From positions 34,934 through 98,933 of the forward strand of contig JABAQN010000009.1 of assembly GCA_019187495.1 (NCBI GenBank): a DNA stretch of 64,000 bases. The letters are read 5' to 3'. How positions within the stretch are numbered: position 1 is the first letter of the stretch; each line of letters opens with the position of its first letter. Shown in pieces: positions 37,234 to 45,656 of this stretch. The translations under genes and the position numbers were made by a program. This DNA comes from Steroidobacteraceae bacterium. Its GTDB lineage: Bacteria; Pseudomonadota; Gammaproteobacteria; Steroidobacterales; Steroidobacteraceae. Below the pieces are notes generated by a model. That model searched no databases and had not been told where the DNA came from. It worked only from the letters and a program-made list of their open reading frames with translations.

Positions 37234-38438
37234 TCCTCGGCCACCTTGAAGAACTCCTGGTAGAAGCGGTAGCGCTGCCGCTCCCGGGCACGATCGAGCC
37301 CGAACTGCTCGAGCGTGTAGCGATGCGTGCCGTGGCGGTCGCGCGGATTCCCGGCGATGAACGCGCGCATGCGCGTGAGCACTTCCTCGCTCATCGGCAT
37401 GCCGAAGTGGGCATAGATGCGCTGCGCCATGCCGACCTGGTCGCGCAGCATTTCCGTGAAGTGCATGTCGAATGCGTTCCGCGCGGCGGGCAGGTCACTC
37501 TGGCGAAACGCGACGCCGCGACGCATCGCCTCTTCCCACGACTTGCTCCAGATCTGCCCGATCTCGTGCCGGTCGACCTCGTCGCTGCCCATCGTGCAGG
37601 CCATCGCGACCAGCGAGCAGTGCGAGGCGATGAGCTTCAGCGGATCGCGATGCGTCATGACGATGCGCGCGTCCGGATAGACCTTGCAGATCGCATCGAG
37701 CGCCCAGTGATAGCCCGTGCTCTTCAGTACCCAGCGCTCGCGCGGATTGAGCCACTGCATGTACTGCAGCTGGCGCTTGTGCGTGCGGTAAACGGAAATC
37801 GGATCGCTTTGCTCCACCCAGCGCTGGTAGGCCGGTATGCGGAACTGGTTGGCGAAGATGATGCTCTTGAAATCGAAGGCGTTGAGCATCAGGCATTCCT
37901 GCGCCAGGTGCGCGCCCATTTCATGCAGCGCCTGGAACTCCGGAATCAGCGCCCGCGAGGTGCGCTCGAAGTGCGCCTCGCAGATCGCGATGCGGGGATC
38001 GGTCTCATAGGTCGCGCGCTCGGGCGGCGGCGACATGAGATGGCATTCCCAGGTCATCGGCACGCGGTTGGCCGGATCCTTTGCCAGCAGGTCGTGCATG
38101 ATGGTCGAGCCGGTGCGCGGCAGGCCCACCATGAAAAGCGGCTTGACGATCTCGACGTCGAGGATTTCGGGATGACGTTTGATGTCGTCCGTGACGCGCA
38201 GCCGGTTCTCGAGATGGCGCAGCAGGTCGTTGAAGGCGATCAGCCGCCCGACGGCATTCAGTCGCGCCTCCTCGTTCAGGCTCGCGAGCAGGCGCTGGAA
38301 TCCCTCGCGCCAGTCGGCCTCATTGCCGAAGTCCGTGAGCCCCGTATTGCGGCGTGCACTGTCGAGCAGCGCGGCTTCGGTCAACTGCACCTGGGGAACG
38401 GAGTCGGACGCCTGGCCTTTGGCCGCACCGGTGTTCAT
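37230..38438 (-). CDS. PAPS-dependent sulfotransferase family protein (Sulfotransfer_3-like)
   Basis: 5'-PSB motif GLPRTGSTIMHDLL and 3'-PB motif VMTHRDPLKLIAS. The second ATG (38438) is preferred because GGAGGT lies 6 nt upstream; the ORF-track start is 38444. Confidence 0.85.
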   Translation of the reverse strand: MNTGAAKGQASDSVPQVQLTEAALLDSARRNTGLTDFGNEADWREGFQRLLASLNEEARLNAVGRLIAFNDLLRHLENRLRVTDDIKRHPEILDVEIVKPLFMVGLPRTGSTIMHDLLAKDPANRVPMTWECHLMSPPPERATYETDPRIAICEAHFERTSRALIPEFQALHEMGAHLAQECLMLNAFDFKSIIFANQFRIPAYQRWVEQSDPISVYRTHKRQLQYMQWLNPRERWVLKSTGYHWALDAICKVYPDARIVMTHRDPLKLIASHCSLVAMACTMGSDEVDRHEIGQIWSKSWEEAMRRGVAFRQSDLPAARNAFDMHFTEMLRDQVGMAQRIYAHFGMPMSEEVLTRMRAFIAGNPRDRHGTHRYTLEQFGLDRARERQRYRFYQEFFKVAEE

Positions 38439-38457
38439 TGGCATACCTCCGGATTCT

Positions 38458-41352
38458 TCATCCGATTTTCTCGATCTCTACGCGCGTCGCCCGATCGGTC
38501 GAGCCCGGACTGAACACCGCCGGCATCGGCTGCAGGTGGTAGTAGCCGCCGGCGAGCTGGACCGGATTGATCGGATTCGGCGTGAGTGTCGAATAGCTCT
38601 TGCGGTTGGGGTACATGAACGGCTCCCAGGCGTGATAGCAGGTCGCCTGGCCCGGGCGGTGCGCCGCCGCCACTTTGACCTGCATCTCGCTCGAGTTGAT
38701 GTCGTTGAATACCCGCACGCGATCGCCGTCTTCGATGCCGCGTGCGAGCGCATCCTCGACGCTCATGTAGATGACCGGCTGGCCACGATTGAGGCGCAGC
38801 ATGTACTTGTCATCGCGCCAGCTCGCATGGATCGACCAGCGGGTATGGCCACCGGTCATGTAGAGCGGATAGTTGCCGCCGATGTTCGGCTGGTCCTTGT
38901 GCACCGGCAGCCGCTCGCCGAGCTCCTCATAGAAGGGGTGGTCGATGCAGAACTGCAGCCGGCGGGTGAGCGTGGGCCAGGGCATTTTCTTCTCGGTGTG
39001 CCACAGGCCCGCCGTGATCGTATCGTGCTCGCTGACGTCGGTGGCATTGCCGATATTCATGAACCCGTTGTCACCGAGCGCCGTGAAGCGCTGGAAGCCC
39101 TTCTCCTTCAGCTTCTTCCAGTCGACATCGCCGACATTGGTGGACACGTCGAGGATGAGATCCAGCAACTCTTCGACGTTGTCCTCGTGGTAGCGACCGT
39201 CGAAGGTGAACTGATCGTAGACGTCGAAGCGGCGCTCCTCGCCGTGGCGATCCTTGAATGTCCCGATGCCACGCTCGGCGGCGCGCCGTTGTATCGTCTT
39301 CAGCAGCAGGCAGTGGATTTCCCAGTCGGGTTTCGCTTCCGCGATGGGCTTCGCCGCGCGCGTCACGACCTGGGAGAAGGGCGAAAGCGGCGTCGCCCAG
39401 GTGATATCGTCCTTCTCGTACCAGGCCGCCGCGGGCAACACATAGTCGCTGTAGAGCGCGGTGTTGCTCATGCGCCAGTCGATCGTCACCATCAGATCGA
39501 GGGTCGGCAGCAGCTTCTCGATCATCACGTCGTAGCCGCGGAAGCGTCGCAGCACGTTGCCGCCGGCCTCCATGAAGATGCGCGGCCGGGTCGCAGGCTT
39601 GAAATGCCAACCCTTCTCGATCGCTTCATCCATGAAGGACGACAGCGGGCGCTTCATCGCCGGGTCCCACTTTTCCGAACTGCCGTAGAGCTCCTTGTAG
39701 CCCCCCTGGTGGTAGAGCCACAGCAGGCTCGGCGGAAAAGCGCCGTGGCGAAACTCGTCACGCGCGAGGTCGTAGATGGTCATTTCCTTCGTGTGCCCGC
39801 GCAGCTTGTCGGCGATGAAGCGCGGCGCCATCTTCAGGCCGAGCGCCGCGAGCTGCAGCTTCGGATTGCCCTGCCCCTTGAGGTTCGCGAGGGCATCTGT
39901 TCCATCCACCGACAAATAGGGGAACGCCATGTAGCCGGCGCCCTTGCGGCCCATTTGCCCGGCGAGCGCAAAACACAGGATCTGCGCGCGCTCCATCTCG
40001 ATGCCATGGTAGTACTTGGAGAAATTCGACTGGGCGATGCAGGTCGCCGCGCGCGCCTTCGCGAGATCGCGGGCCAGCTGCCGGATGACCTCCGGGTCAA
40101 CCCCGCAGATCGCCACGGCCTTTTCGGGCGCGTACTGCTGCAGGTGCTCGCGCAATTGCGCAAACACGGGTCGCACTTTCAGCTTCCCGTTCCAGGTATC
40201 GATCTCGAACTCGCCCTCGAGCGCCGGATCGAGATCGCCCAGGTCCAGGGTCCGCTGCGAGATTTCGACGCGCCGGCCCGTGGCGCGATCGAAGACATGG
40301 AACCGGTCGTCGGCACCGCCCTGCTCCACATCCGAGCCCCGCAGGAGCCGGCCGTTGTCGACGCGCGTCAGCAGCGGCAGATCGGTCTGCTCCTGGACAT
40401 AGCGCTTGTTGTAGATGCCTTCCTCGATCATCACGTGCGCCATCGAAAGGCCGAGGGCGGCGTCCGTCGCCACTTTCACCGGCACCCACTGGTCGGCGTG
40501 GACCGCCGAGGCCGAGTAGTCCGGCGCGATGGTGATGACGCGCGCCCCGTTGTAGCGCGCTTCCGTGATGAAATGGGCCTGCGGGATCTGGGTGTAGAAG
40601 GGATTGCCGCCCCAGATCAGGATCAGGTCGGAATGGAAGAGATCGTCCGACGAACTGCAATGCACCATCTTGCCCGTGGTCACGCAGAAGCCGGGGCGGT
40701 GATCTCCGATTTCCGTGTTGACATCGAGCACCGGCGTGTCGAGCACGAGCGACGTGCGCAACATCGCAAAGCCGGCGCCACCGTTCGTCTGGGCGGTGCC
40801 CTGGTCCCAGATCACCGAACCGGGGCCCTCCGCGGAAATCATGGCATCGATCAGCTTGTCGGCGATATCGGTGAGCGCTTCATCCCAGCTCACGCGCTGC
40901 CATTTGCCCGCGCCGCGCTCGCCGGCGCGCTTCAGCGGATAGCGCATGCGCGCCCCGTCGTACATGCGCTCGGAGTAACAGGCGCCCTTCTGGCAGCCGC
41001 GCGGATTGTAGTCGGGAATCTTCGGACTGATTGGTTCGTAGGTTCCGGACTGCTCTTCGCGCCAGACGATGCCGTCCTTCACGTACACGTTCCAGTTGCA
41101 GCCGCGCTGGTACCAGCAATTCACGAAATGCGTGCTCTTCGCGACGCTGTCCCAGCGCCACTTGGCGCGCCAGATGTCCTCATAGCTCTCGTAGGCGACG
41201 CGTGGAATCGGGCTGCCGTGCCCGCCCGGGGTGGCCGCGCCGATCGACGCATCGCCGGGTTGCGCCGCGCGCCAGCCGAGATAGCCGAGCGAGAGCACCA
41301 CCGCGCCACCGGCGCCGGTGAGGAATGTCCGTCGTGTGAGCTCGATTGCCAT
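38458..41352 (-). CDS. Type II DMSO-reductase-family molybdopterin oxidoreductase alpha subunit (EbdA / steroid C25 dehydrogenase-like)
   Basis: Start MAIELTRRTFLTGAGGAV (Tat motif; GGAG upstream). FS0 motif HFVNCWYQRGC..GCQKGAC. About 60% identical by eye to the orphan alpha at 24722. The ORF-track start 41433 adds an unlikely extension. Confidence 0.9.
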   Translation of the reverse strand: MAIELTRRTFLTGAGGAVVLSLGYLGWRAAQPGDASIGAATPGGHGSPIPRVAYESYEDIWRAKWRWDSVAKSTHFVNCWYQRGCNWNVYVKDGIVWREEQSGTYEPISPKIPDYNPRGCQKGACYSERMYDGARMRYPLKRAGERGAGKWQRVSWDEALTDIADKLIDAMISAEGPGSVIWDQGTAQTNGGAGFAMLRTSLVLDTPVLDVNTEIGDHRPGFCVTTGKMVHCSSSDDLFHSDLILIWGGNPFYTQIPQAHFITEARYNGARVITIAPDYSASAVHADQWVPVKVATDAALGLSMAHVMIEEGIYNKRYVQEQTDLPLLTRVDNGRLLRGSDVEQGGADDRFHVFDRATGRRVEISQRTLDLGDLDPALEGEFEIDTWNGKLKVRPVFAQLREHLQQYAPEKAVAICGVDPEVIRQLARDLAKARAATCIAQSNFSKYYHGIEMERAQILCFALAGQMGRKGAGYMAFPYLSVDGTDALANLKGQGNPKLQLAALGLKMAPRFIADKLRGHTKEMTIYDLARDEFRHGAFPPSLLWLYHQGGYKELYGSSEKWDPAMKRPLSSFMDEAIEKGWHFKPATRPRIFMEAGGNVLRRFRGYDVMIEKLLPTLDLMVTIDWRMSNTALYSDYVLPAAAWYEKDDITWATPLSPFSQVVTRAAKPIAEAKPDWEIHCLLLKTIQRRAAERGIGTFKDRHGEERRFDVYDQFTFDGRYHEDNVEELLDLILDVSTNVGDVDWKKLKEKGFQRFTALGDNGFMNIGNATDVSEHDTITAGLWHTEKKMPWPTLTRRLQFCIDHPFYEELGERLPVHKDQPNIGGNYPLYMTGGHTRWSIHASWRDDKYMLRLNRGQPVIYMSVEDALARGIEDGDRVRVFNDINSSEMQVKVAAAHRPGQATCYHAWEPFMYPNRKSYSTLTPNPINPVQLAGGYYHLQPMPAVFSPGSTDRATRVEIEKIG
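41081..41163 (-). repeat. 83-nt block identical to 24911..24993 in inverted orientation (arm 2)
   Basis: See arm 1. Mismatches lie immediately outside both ends. Confidence 0.95.
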
Positions 41353-41371
41353 GACCGGAGTCTCCTCTTCC

Positions 41372-42451
41372 TCAGAGCGTCGCCGGATCTTTCGTGAAGT
41401 CCGGGAAGATGTCCTCGGGCCAGCGATAGACAATCAGGATGTCCATGAGCTCGGACTCCTCGCCTCGGGCCTTCTTCGCCTTCTCTTCGTCGATGATCGC
41501 GAGCGACTCCCTGACGCGCGGCCCGAACAGCCGCTCGAGGTACTCGGTCGGAATGCGCGGCTTCGATGGATCCGGCTTGCCCGTTTCCGTCACGCTCGGC
41601 GGCGAGAGCGGCGGCACATAGAAGACATTCGGATCGGTACCGAATTCCTCGTGCAGCGGCAGGGCCACCTTCCACTTGTGCACGAGCTTGTGGATGGGTC
41701 CGTTCTCGTCATCGAGATAGCCGACGAAGCGCATGCGTCCCGGACACTGCCGGGCGCAGGCTGGTGCAACGCCCTGGTCGATGCGCGGGAAGCAGAAAAT
41801 GCACTTCTGCGACACGAGCTTCACGTGGTTGTAGTAGATGCGCTTGTACGGGCAGGCCTCCATGCAGAAGCGATAGCCTTTGCACTTCTGGTCATCGATC
41901 AGCACGATCCCGTCCTGCTCACGCTTGTAGATGGCGCCCCGCGGGCAGGCTTCGAGGCAGGCCGGATGCGTGCAGTGATTGCACAGGCGCGGCAGATAAA
42001 AGAAGTGGGAGTTCGGGTACTCGCCGCCACCCTCGTCCTCGTCCCAGTTCGGCCCCCACTTCGGCTTCTCACCCTTGAAATTCGTGGGCTGCAGATAGGC
42101 CTCCTTGCCCCCGCCGTCGAACAGCACTTCCTTCTGGTTGAACTGCCAGGCGTCGCCATACTCCTCGCGCCCCGGGATGCGGCTCGGGCGCGCGAGACCA
42201 TTCGCCTCGAATCCGCCGCCCATGGTTTCGTAGTCCTTCGGCGTCCCCTTGCCCGGCGCGGTATTGACCACGGCCCAGTACATCTCCTCCATGCCCTCCT
42301 CGCGGGTCCACTGCGTCTTGCAGGCGATCGAGCAGGTATGGCAGCCAATGCATTTGTTGAGGTCGAACACCATCGCGAGCTGGCGCCTCGGCTTGACGAC
42401 CTTACCGTCGATTTCGCGCCCGATCCGCGCCGCCTGGTCCAATGGATTCAT
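41372..42451 (-). CDS. Fe-S subunit (beta; NarH/EbdB-like, four Cys clusters)
   Basis: Start MNPLDQAARIGREIDGKVVKPRRQLAMVFDLNKCIGCHTCSIACK (GGAGGG RBS). Further clusters are CNHCTHPACLEACP, CKGYRFCMEACP and CIFCFPR..CARQCP. Confidence 0.9.
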   Translation of the reverse strand: MNPLDQAARIGREIDGKVVKPRRQLAMVFDLNKCIGCHTCSIACKTQWTREEGMEEMYWAVVNTAPGKGTPKDYETMGGGFEANGLARPSRIPGREEYGDAWQFNQKEVLFDGGGKEAYLQPTNFKGEKPKWGPNWDEDEGGGEYPNSHFFYLPRLCNHCTHPACLEACPRGAIYKREQDGIVLIDDQKCKGYRFCMEACPYKRIYYNHVKLVSQKCIFCFPRIDQGVAPACARQCPGRMRFVGYLDDENGPIHKLVHKWKVALPLHEEFGTDPNVFYVPPLSPPSVTETGKPDPSKPRIPTEYLERLFGPRVRESLAIIDEEKAKKARGEESELMDILIVYRWPEDIFPDFTKDPATL

Positions 42452-42455
42452 GTCT

Positions 42456-43115
42456 TCAACCCTCCAGCGAAAGTTCGACCCACACGGGGGAATAGGCCTT
42501 GAGGCCCGCGCGCTCGGAGTTCGCGCCGCTCCAGAGCGCCACCGCGAGGCGGTAATCCTTGCCCGGTTCGAACTTCGCCACATTGCCGGTCGTCGGCGCG
42601 TCGGCCGCGGCGGCCAGCGCCCGCCGGAAGACCAGCGACCAGCGCCCGTCGGCGTGCGCGCCCTGCGTCGTGATCAAGGGTGAGCTGGTCAGGCGCGAAG
42701 TGCCGATGCCGTCGGCCACATTGTTGAGTCCCATCTTTGGCTGGTCCGCACGCCAGTACCAGATGTTCACCGGCGCACCCTCCATGCCCATGATGAGCGG
42801 CGCGTCTTCCGTCAGCGGAAAGAGCAACGCCGCGGCGTCGGCGAACTGATCGTTGTCATTGATCGTGGTGACCGACTTCTGGCACTCCCACTCGAGGCGA
42901 AAGGCGAGCTCCTGGCCGTTGTGGGCCGCCTGCAGCCCGGCCGCGCTCGTGTGGCCGAACTCCCCGTCACGCCACTTCGCCATGATGTACTTCGAGGGCT
43001 GCATGCCCACGGGCGTCGGCACGAGCGCCACTTTGCGCGCCGGGAAGCGCTCCCACATCGATGCCCCGGGATCCCCGAGCGCGTCCGCACCCACATCGAC
43101 TCGTTTCGCAAGCAT
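42456..43115 (-). CDS. Heme-b-type gamma subunit (EbdC/DdhC-like) of type II DMSO-reductase-family enzymes
   Basis: 219-aa ORF at the position and size of gamma subunits, with the conserved-looking C-terminal segment ALWSGANSERAGLKAYSPVWVELSL. AGGAG lies 7 nt upstream. There is no obvious N-terminal signal peptide. Confidence 0.7.
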   Translation of the reverse strand: MLAKRVDVGADALGDPGASMWERFPARKVALVPTPVGMQPSKYIMAKWRDGEFGHTSAAGLQAAHNGQELAFRLEWECQKSVTTINDNDQFADAAALLFPLTEDAPLIMGMEGAPVNIWYWRADQPKMGLNNVADGIGTSRLTSSPLITTQGAHADGRWSLVFRRALAAAADAPTTGNVAKFEPGKDYRLAVALWSGANSERAGLKAYSPVWVELSLEG

Positions 43116-43118
43116 CGT

Positions 43119-44897
43119 TCAACTCCTGGGCACGTACGTGCGGTGAGCGGCATCGAGCGCGTAGACGGCGCTGCCATCGGGTCCGGGCAAAGCGCCCATC
43201 TTCTGCAGATCGGTCTTGCGCAGCTTGAAGGTCGAGGTGATGTCCGCCTCACCCAGGATGCGCACGAACAATGGTCGAGCATAGGCCGGCAGGCTCGTGC
43301 TCGCCAGCTCATAGAACGATCCGGGGTCGAAGCTGCGGCCCGGCTTCAGGGCAATCGCCGCCATGCCCGCGCGTCCCTCCTCGCCCGGCAGTTCCACGCC
43401 ATAGACGGTGATCGACTCGATATCCGGGTGGGCCCCGAGCGCCTCGGCCACTTCGGTGGTCGAGACGTTCTCGCTCTTCCACCGGAAGGTATCGCCGGTG
43501 CGATCGACGAAGTAGTAATAGTCGTCTTCGTCGCGGCGAAACAGGTCGCCGCTTCGAAACCACGCATCCCCGGGCCGGAACACGTTGCGCAGGATCTTGC
43601 GCTCCGTCGCTTCGGAGTCGGTGTAGCCGTCGAAGCGACCCGCACCGATGCCCGGGAGGCGCACGATCATCGCGATCAGTTCTCCCGTTTCGCCCGGCTC
43701 ACACTCGATCAGCGTGCCATCCGGGTTGCGTACGTAATCGCCGGTTTCCGGATCGACGCGCACGAGACGCGCATTGCTGCGTTCCCTGAACGGCAGGCGG
43801 CCGCAGCTGCCGATCCTGCCTTCGAGGTTCATCAGCCCGCAGTTGATCTCCGTGCCGCCGTAACCCTCGACGAGATGCGGGACGGCGAAACGCTGCTGGA
43901 ATCGCCGCCAGATATCCGCGTTGAGTCCCGCGCCGGACATCAGTCTCAGGCCATGCTCGCGATCATTCGATCGCGGCGGCTGATTGACGAGATAGCGGCA
44001 CATCTCGCCGCTGTACTGGGTGACGGTCACGCCGTAGCGACGCACATCGTCCCAGAAGCGGCTCGCGCTGAAGCGTCGCCGCAGCAGCATGCGTCCGCCG
44101 CAGGCGAGCACCTGCGACAGCAGCGACATGCCCGCGGCCACATGGTAGAGCGGCAGCACGCAGTAGAAGACATCGTCGGGCCCGTGCCGAAAGAGCGCGG
44201 TCCACCCGTCGCCCACGGCGAGCCAGCGCATGTGGGTGATCACCGCGGCCTTCGGCAGGCCCGTCGTGCCCGAGGTGAACACGAGACAGAACGTGCTCTC
44301 GCCGATGATGCCTTCGCGCAGCGCCCGCGGCGGATTCGCCTCGTTCGCGGGCTGCGTCCGCATTCCCTCGATGTCACCCGCGGCGTCGACTACCAGCACC
44401 GGCAGGCGCGAAGCCATGCCGCTGGCGCCCCCGGCACTCTCCAGTTGCGCGAGGCACTCCTCGCCCACGAACAAGGCCTTGCTCTGCGTGCTCGCACCGA
44501 TGGCATGCAGCAACGCATCTCCACCGATGTGCGTGTTGATCAACGCGGCAACGCAGCCGATCTTCGTCAGCGCGAACCAGAGATAAAGGATCTCCGGCCG
44601 GTTCTCGAGCATCACGGAGACGGTATCGCCGGGCGCGAGATTCCGCGCTCGCGCGAAATGCGCGTAGCGATTCATCGCCCGGTTCGCGGCACCGTAACTG
44701 ATCTCGCAGTCCTCGAAGACCAGGAAGGGCCGATCCGGGTGCGCGGCGGCGAGCGCCTCGAAGCGGTCGGCGACCGTATACGCCTGTTCCGGCGTGTGTT
44801 TCAGTACCGCGGCGGAAAGCACATCGAGCTTGCGCTGTGTTTCCTCGCGACTCGCCACCACCCCGGCTCCGCTCACATCGAAATGCCGCCGCCACAC
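43119..44897 (-). CDS. Long-chain/very-long-chain acyl-CoA synthetase (FATP/FadD6-like AMP-binding enzyme)
   Basis: 592-aa ORF with the AMP motif FTSGTTGLPKAAVITH and an overall FadD6-like N-terminus. The start is uncertain; 44897 overlaps the SDR 3' end by 25 nt. Confidence 0.88.
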   Translation of the reverse strand: MWRRHFDVSGAGVVASREETQRKLDVLSAAVLKHTPEQAYTVADRFEALAAAHPDRPFLVFEDCEISYGAANRAMNRYAHFARARNLAPGDTVSVMLENRPEILYLWFALTKIGCVAALINTHIGGDALLHAIGASTQSKALFVGEECLAQLESAGGASGMASRLPVLVVDAAGDIEGMRTQPANEANPPRALREGIIGESTFCLVFTSGTTGLPKAAVITHMRWLAVGDGWTALFRHGPDDVFYCVLPLYHVAAGMSLLSQVLACGGRMLLRRRFSASRFWDDVRRYGVTVTQYSGEMCRYLVNQPPRSNDREHGLRLMSGAGLNADIWRRFQQRFAVPHLVEGYGGTEINCGLMNLEGRIGSCGRLPFRERSNARLVRVDPETGDYVRNPDGTLIECEPGETGELIAMIVRLPGIGAGRFDGYTDSEATERKILRNVFRPGDAWFRSGDLFRRDEDDYYYFVDRTGDTFRWKSENVSTTEVAEALGAHPDIESITVYGVELPGEEGRAGMAAIALKPGRSFDPGSFYELASTSLPAYARPLFVRILGEADITSTFKLRKTDLQKMGALPGPDGSAVYALDAAHRTYVPRS

Positions 44898-45649
44898 ACC
44901 GGCAGGATTTGTCCGGTCACGTAGCTCGAGGCGGCACTCGCGAGGAACACCACGGGCCCGACGATTTCGTGCGGTTCCGCGACGCGCTTCAGCAACGTCG
45001 TCTGGACGGTGAAGTCCATGAAGCCTTCGGTGCTGCCGGCCAGATCCTTCAGCATGTCAGTCATGAACGGGCCCGGGGCGATCGCATTGACGCGAATGCC
45101 GAGAGGCGCCCATTCCTCCGCCATGCTGCGATTGAGCGAGCGCATCGCCGCCTTGCTCGAGCAGTACATGGAGAGATAGCCACCCGGCTTGATGGCGCCG
45201 AAGGTGAGGATGTTGACGATCGAACCGCCACCACTTTGCGCCATGCGCTGCGCCACGAGACTCGCGAGGCGCATCGGACCGCGCGTGTTGACGTGGAAGA
45301 AGCGATCGAACATTCCCTCATCCACGTCGGTGAGCGGCAACGGATCGTGCGCGATGCCGGCGTTGTTCACCAGCACGTCGAGCCGGCCGAACGAATCGCA
45401 CGCCGCCTTCACGAGAGTGTCGATGTCGGACCAGCGCTCCATGTCGCAGGGCACGACCTGCGCGCGTCGACCCTGCGATGCGATCTCGCCTGCCACCGCC
45501 GCACCCGCCGCCTTGTCCCGACACGCGATGATGACATCGGCGCCCGCTTCGGCCAGTCCGATCGCGATGGCGCGGCCCAGCCCCCGGTTCGCGCCGGTCA
45601 CGAGACAGACTTTTTGCGAGAGATCAAATAGCGCTTTGCTCGCAGTCAT
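44873..45649 (-). CDS. SDR family oxidoreductase
   Basis: Internal Met MTASKALFDLSQKVCLVTGANRGLGRAIAIGLAEAGADVIIACRD ... YCSSKAAM. The ORF-track start 45877 runs into the ADH gene. Confidence 0.9.
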   Translation of the reverse strand: MTASKALFDLSQKVCLVTGANRGLGRAIAIGLAEAGADVIIACRDKAAGAAVAGEIASQGRRAQVVPCDMERWSDIDTLVKAACDSFGRLDVLVNNAGIAHDPLPLTDVDEGMFDRFFHVNTRGPMRLASLVAQRMAQSGGGSIVNILTFGAIKPGGYLSMYCSSKAAMRSLNRSMAEEWAPLGIRVNAIAPGPFMTDMLKDLAGSTEGFMDFTVQTTLLKRVAEPHEIVGPVVFLASAASSYVTGQILPVCGGGISM

Positions 45650-45656
45650 GGTGTGC

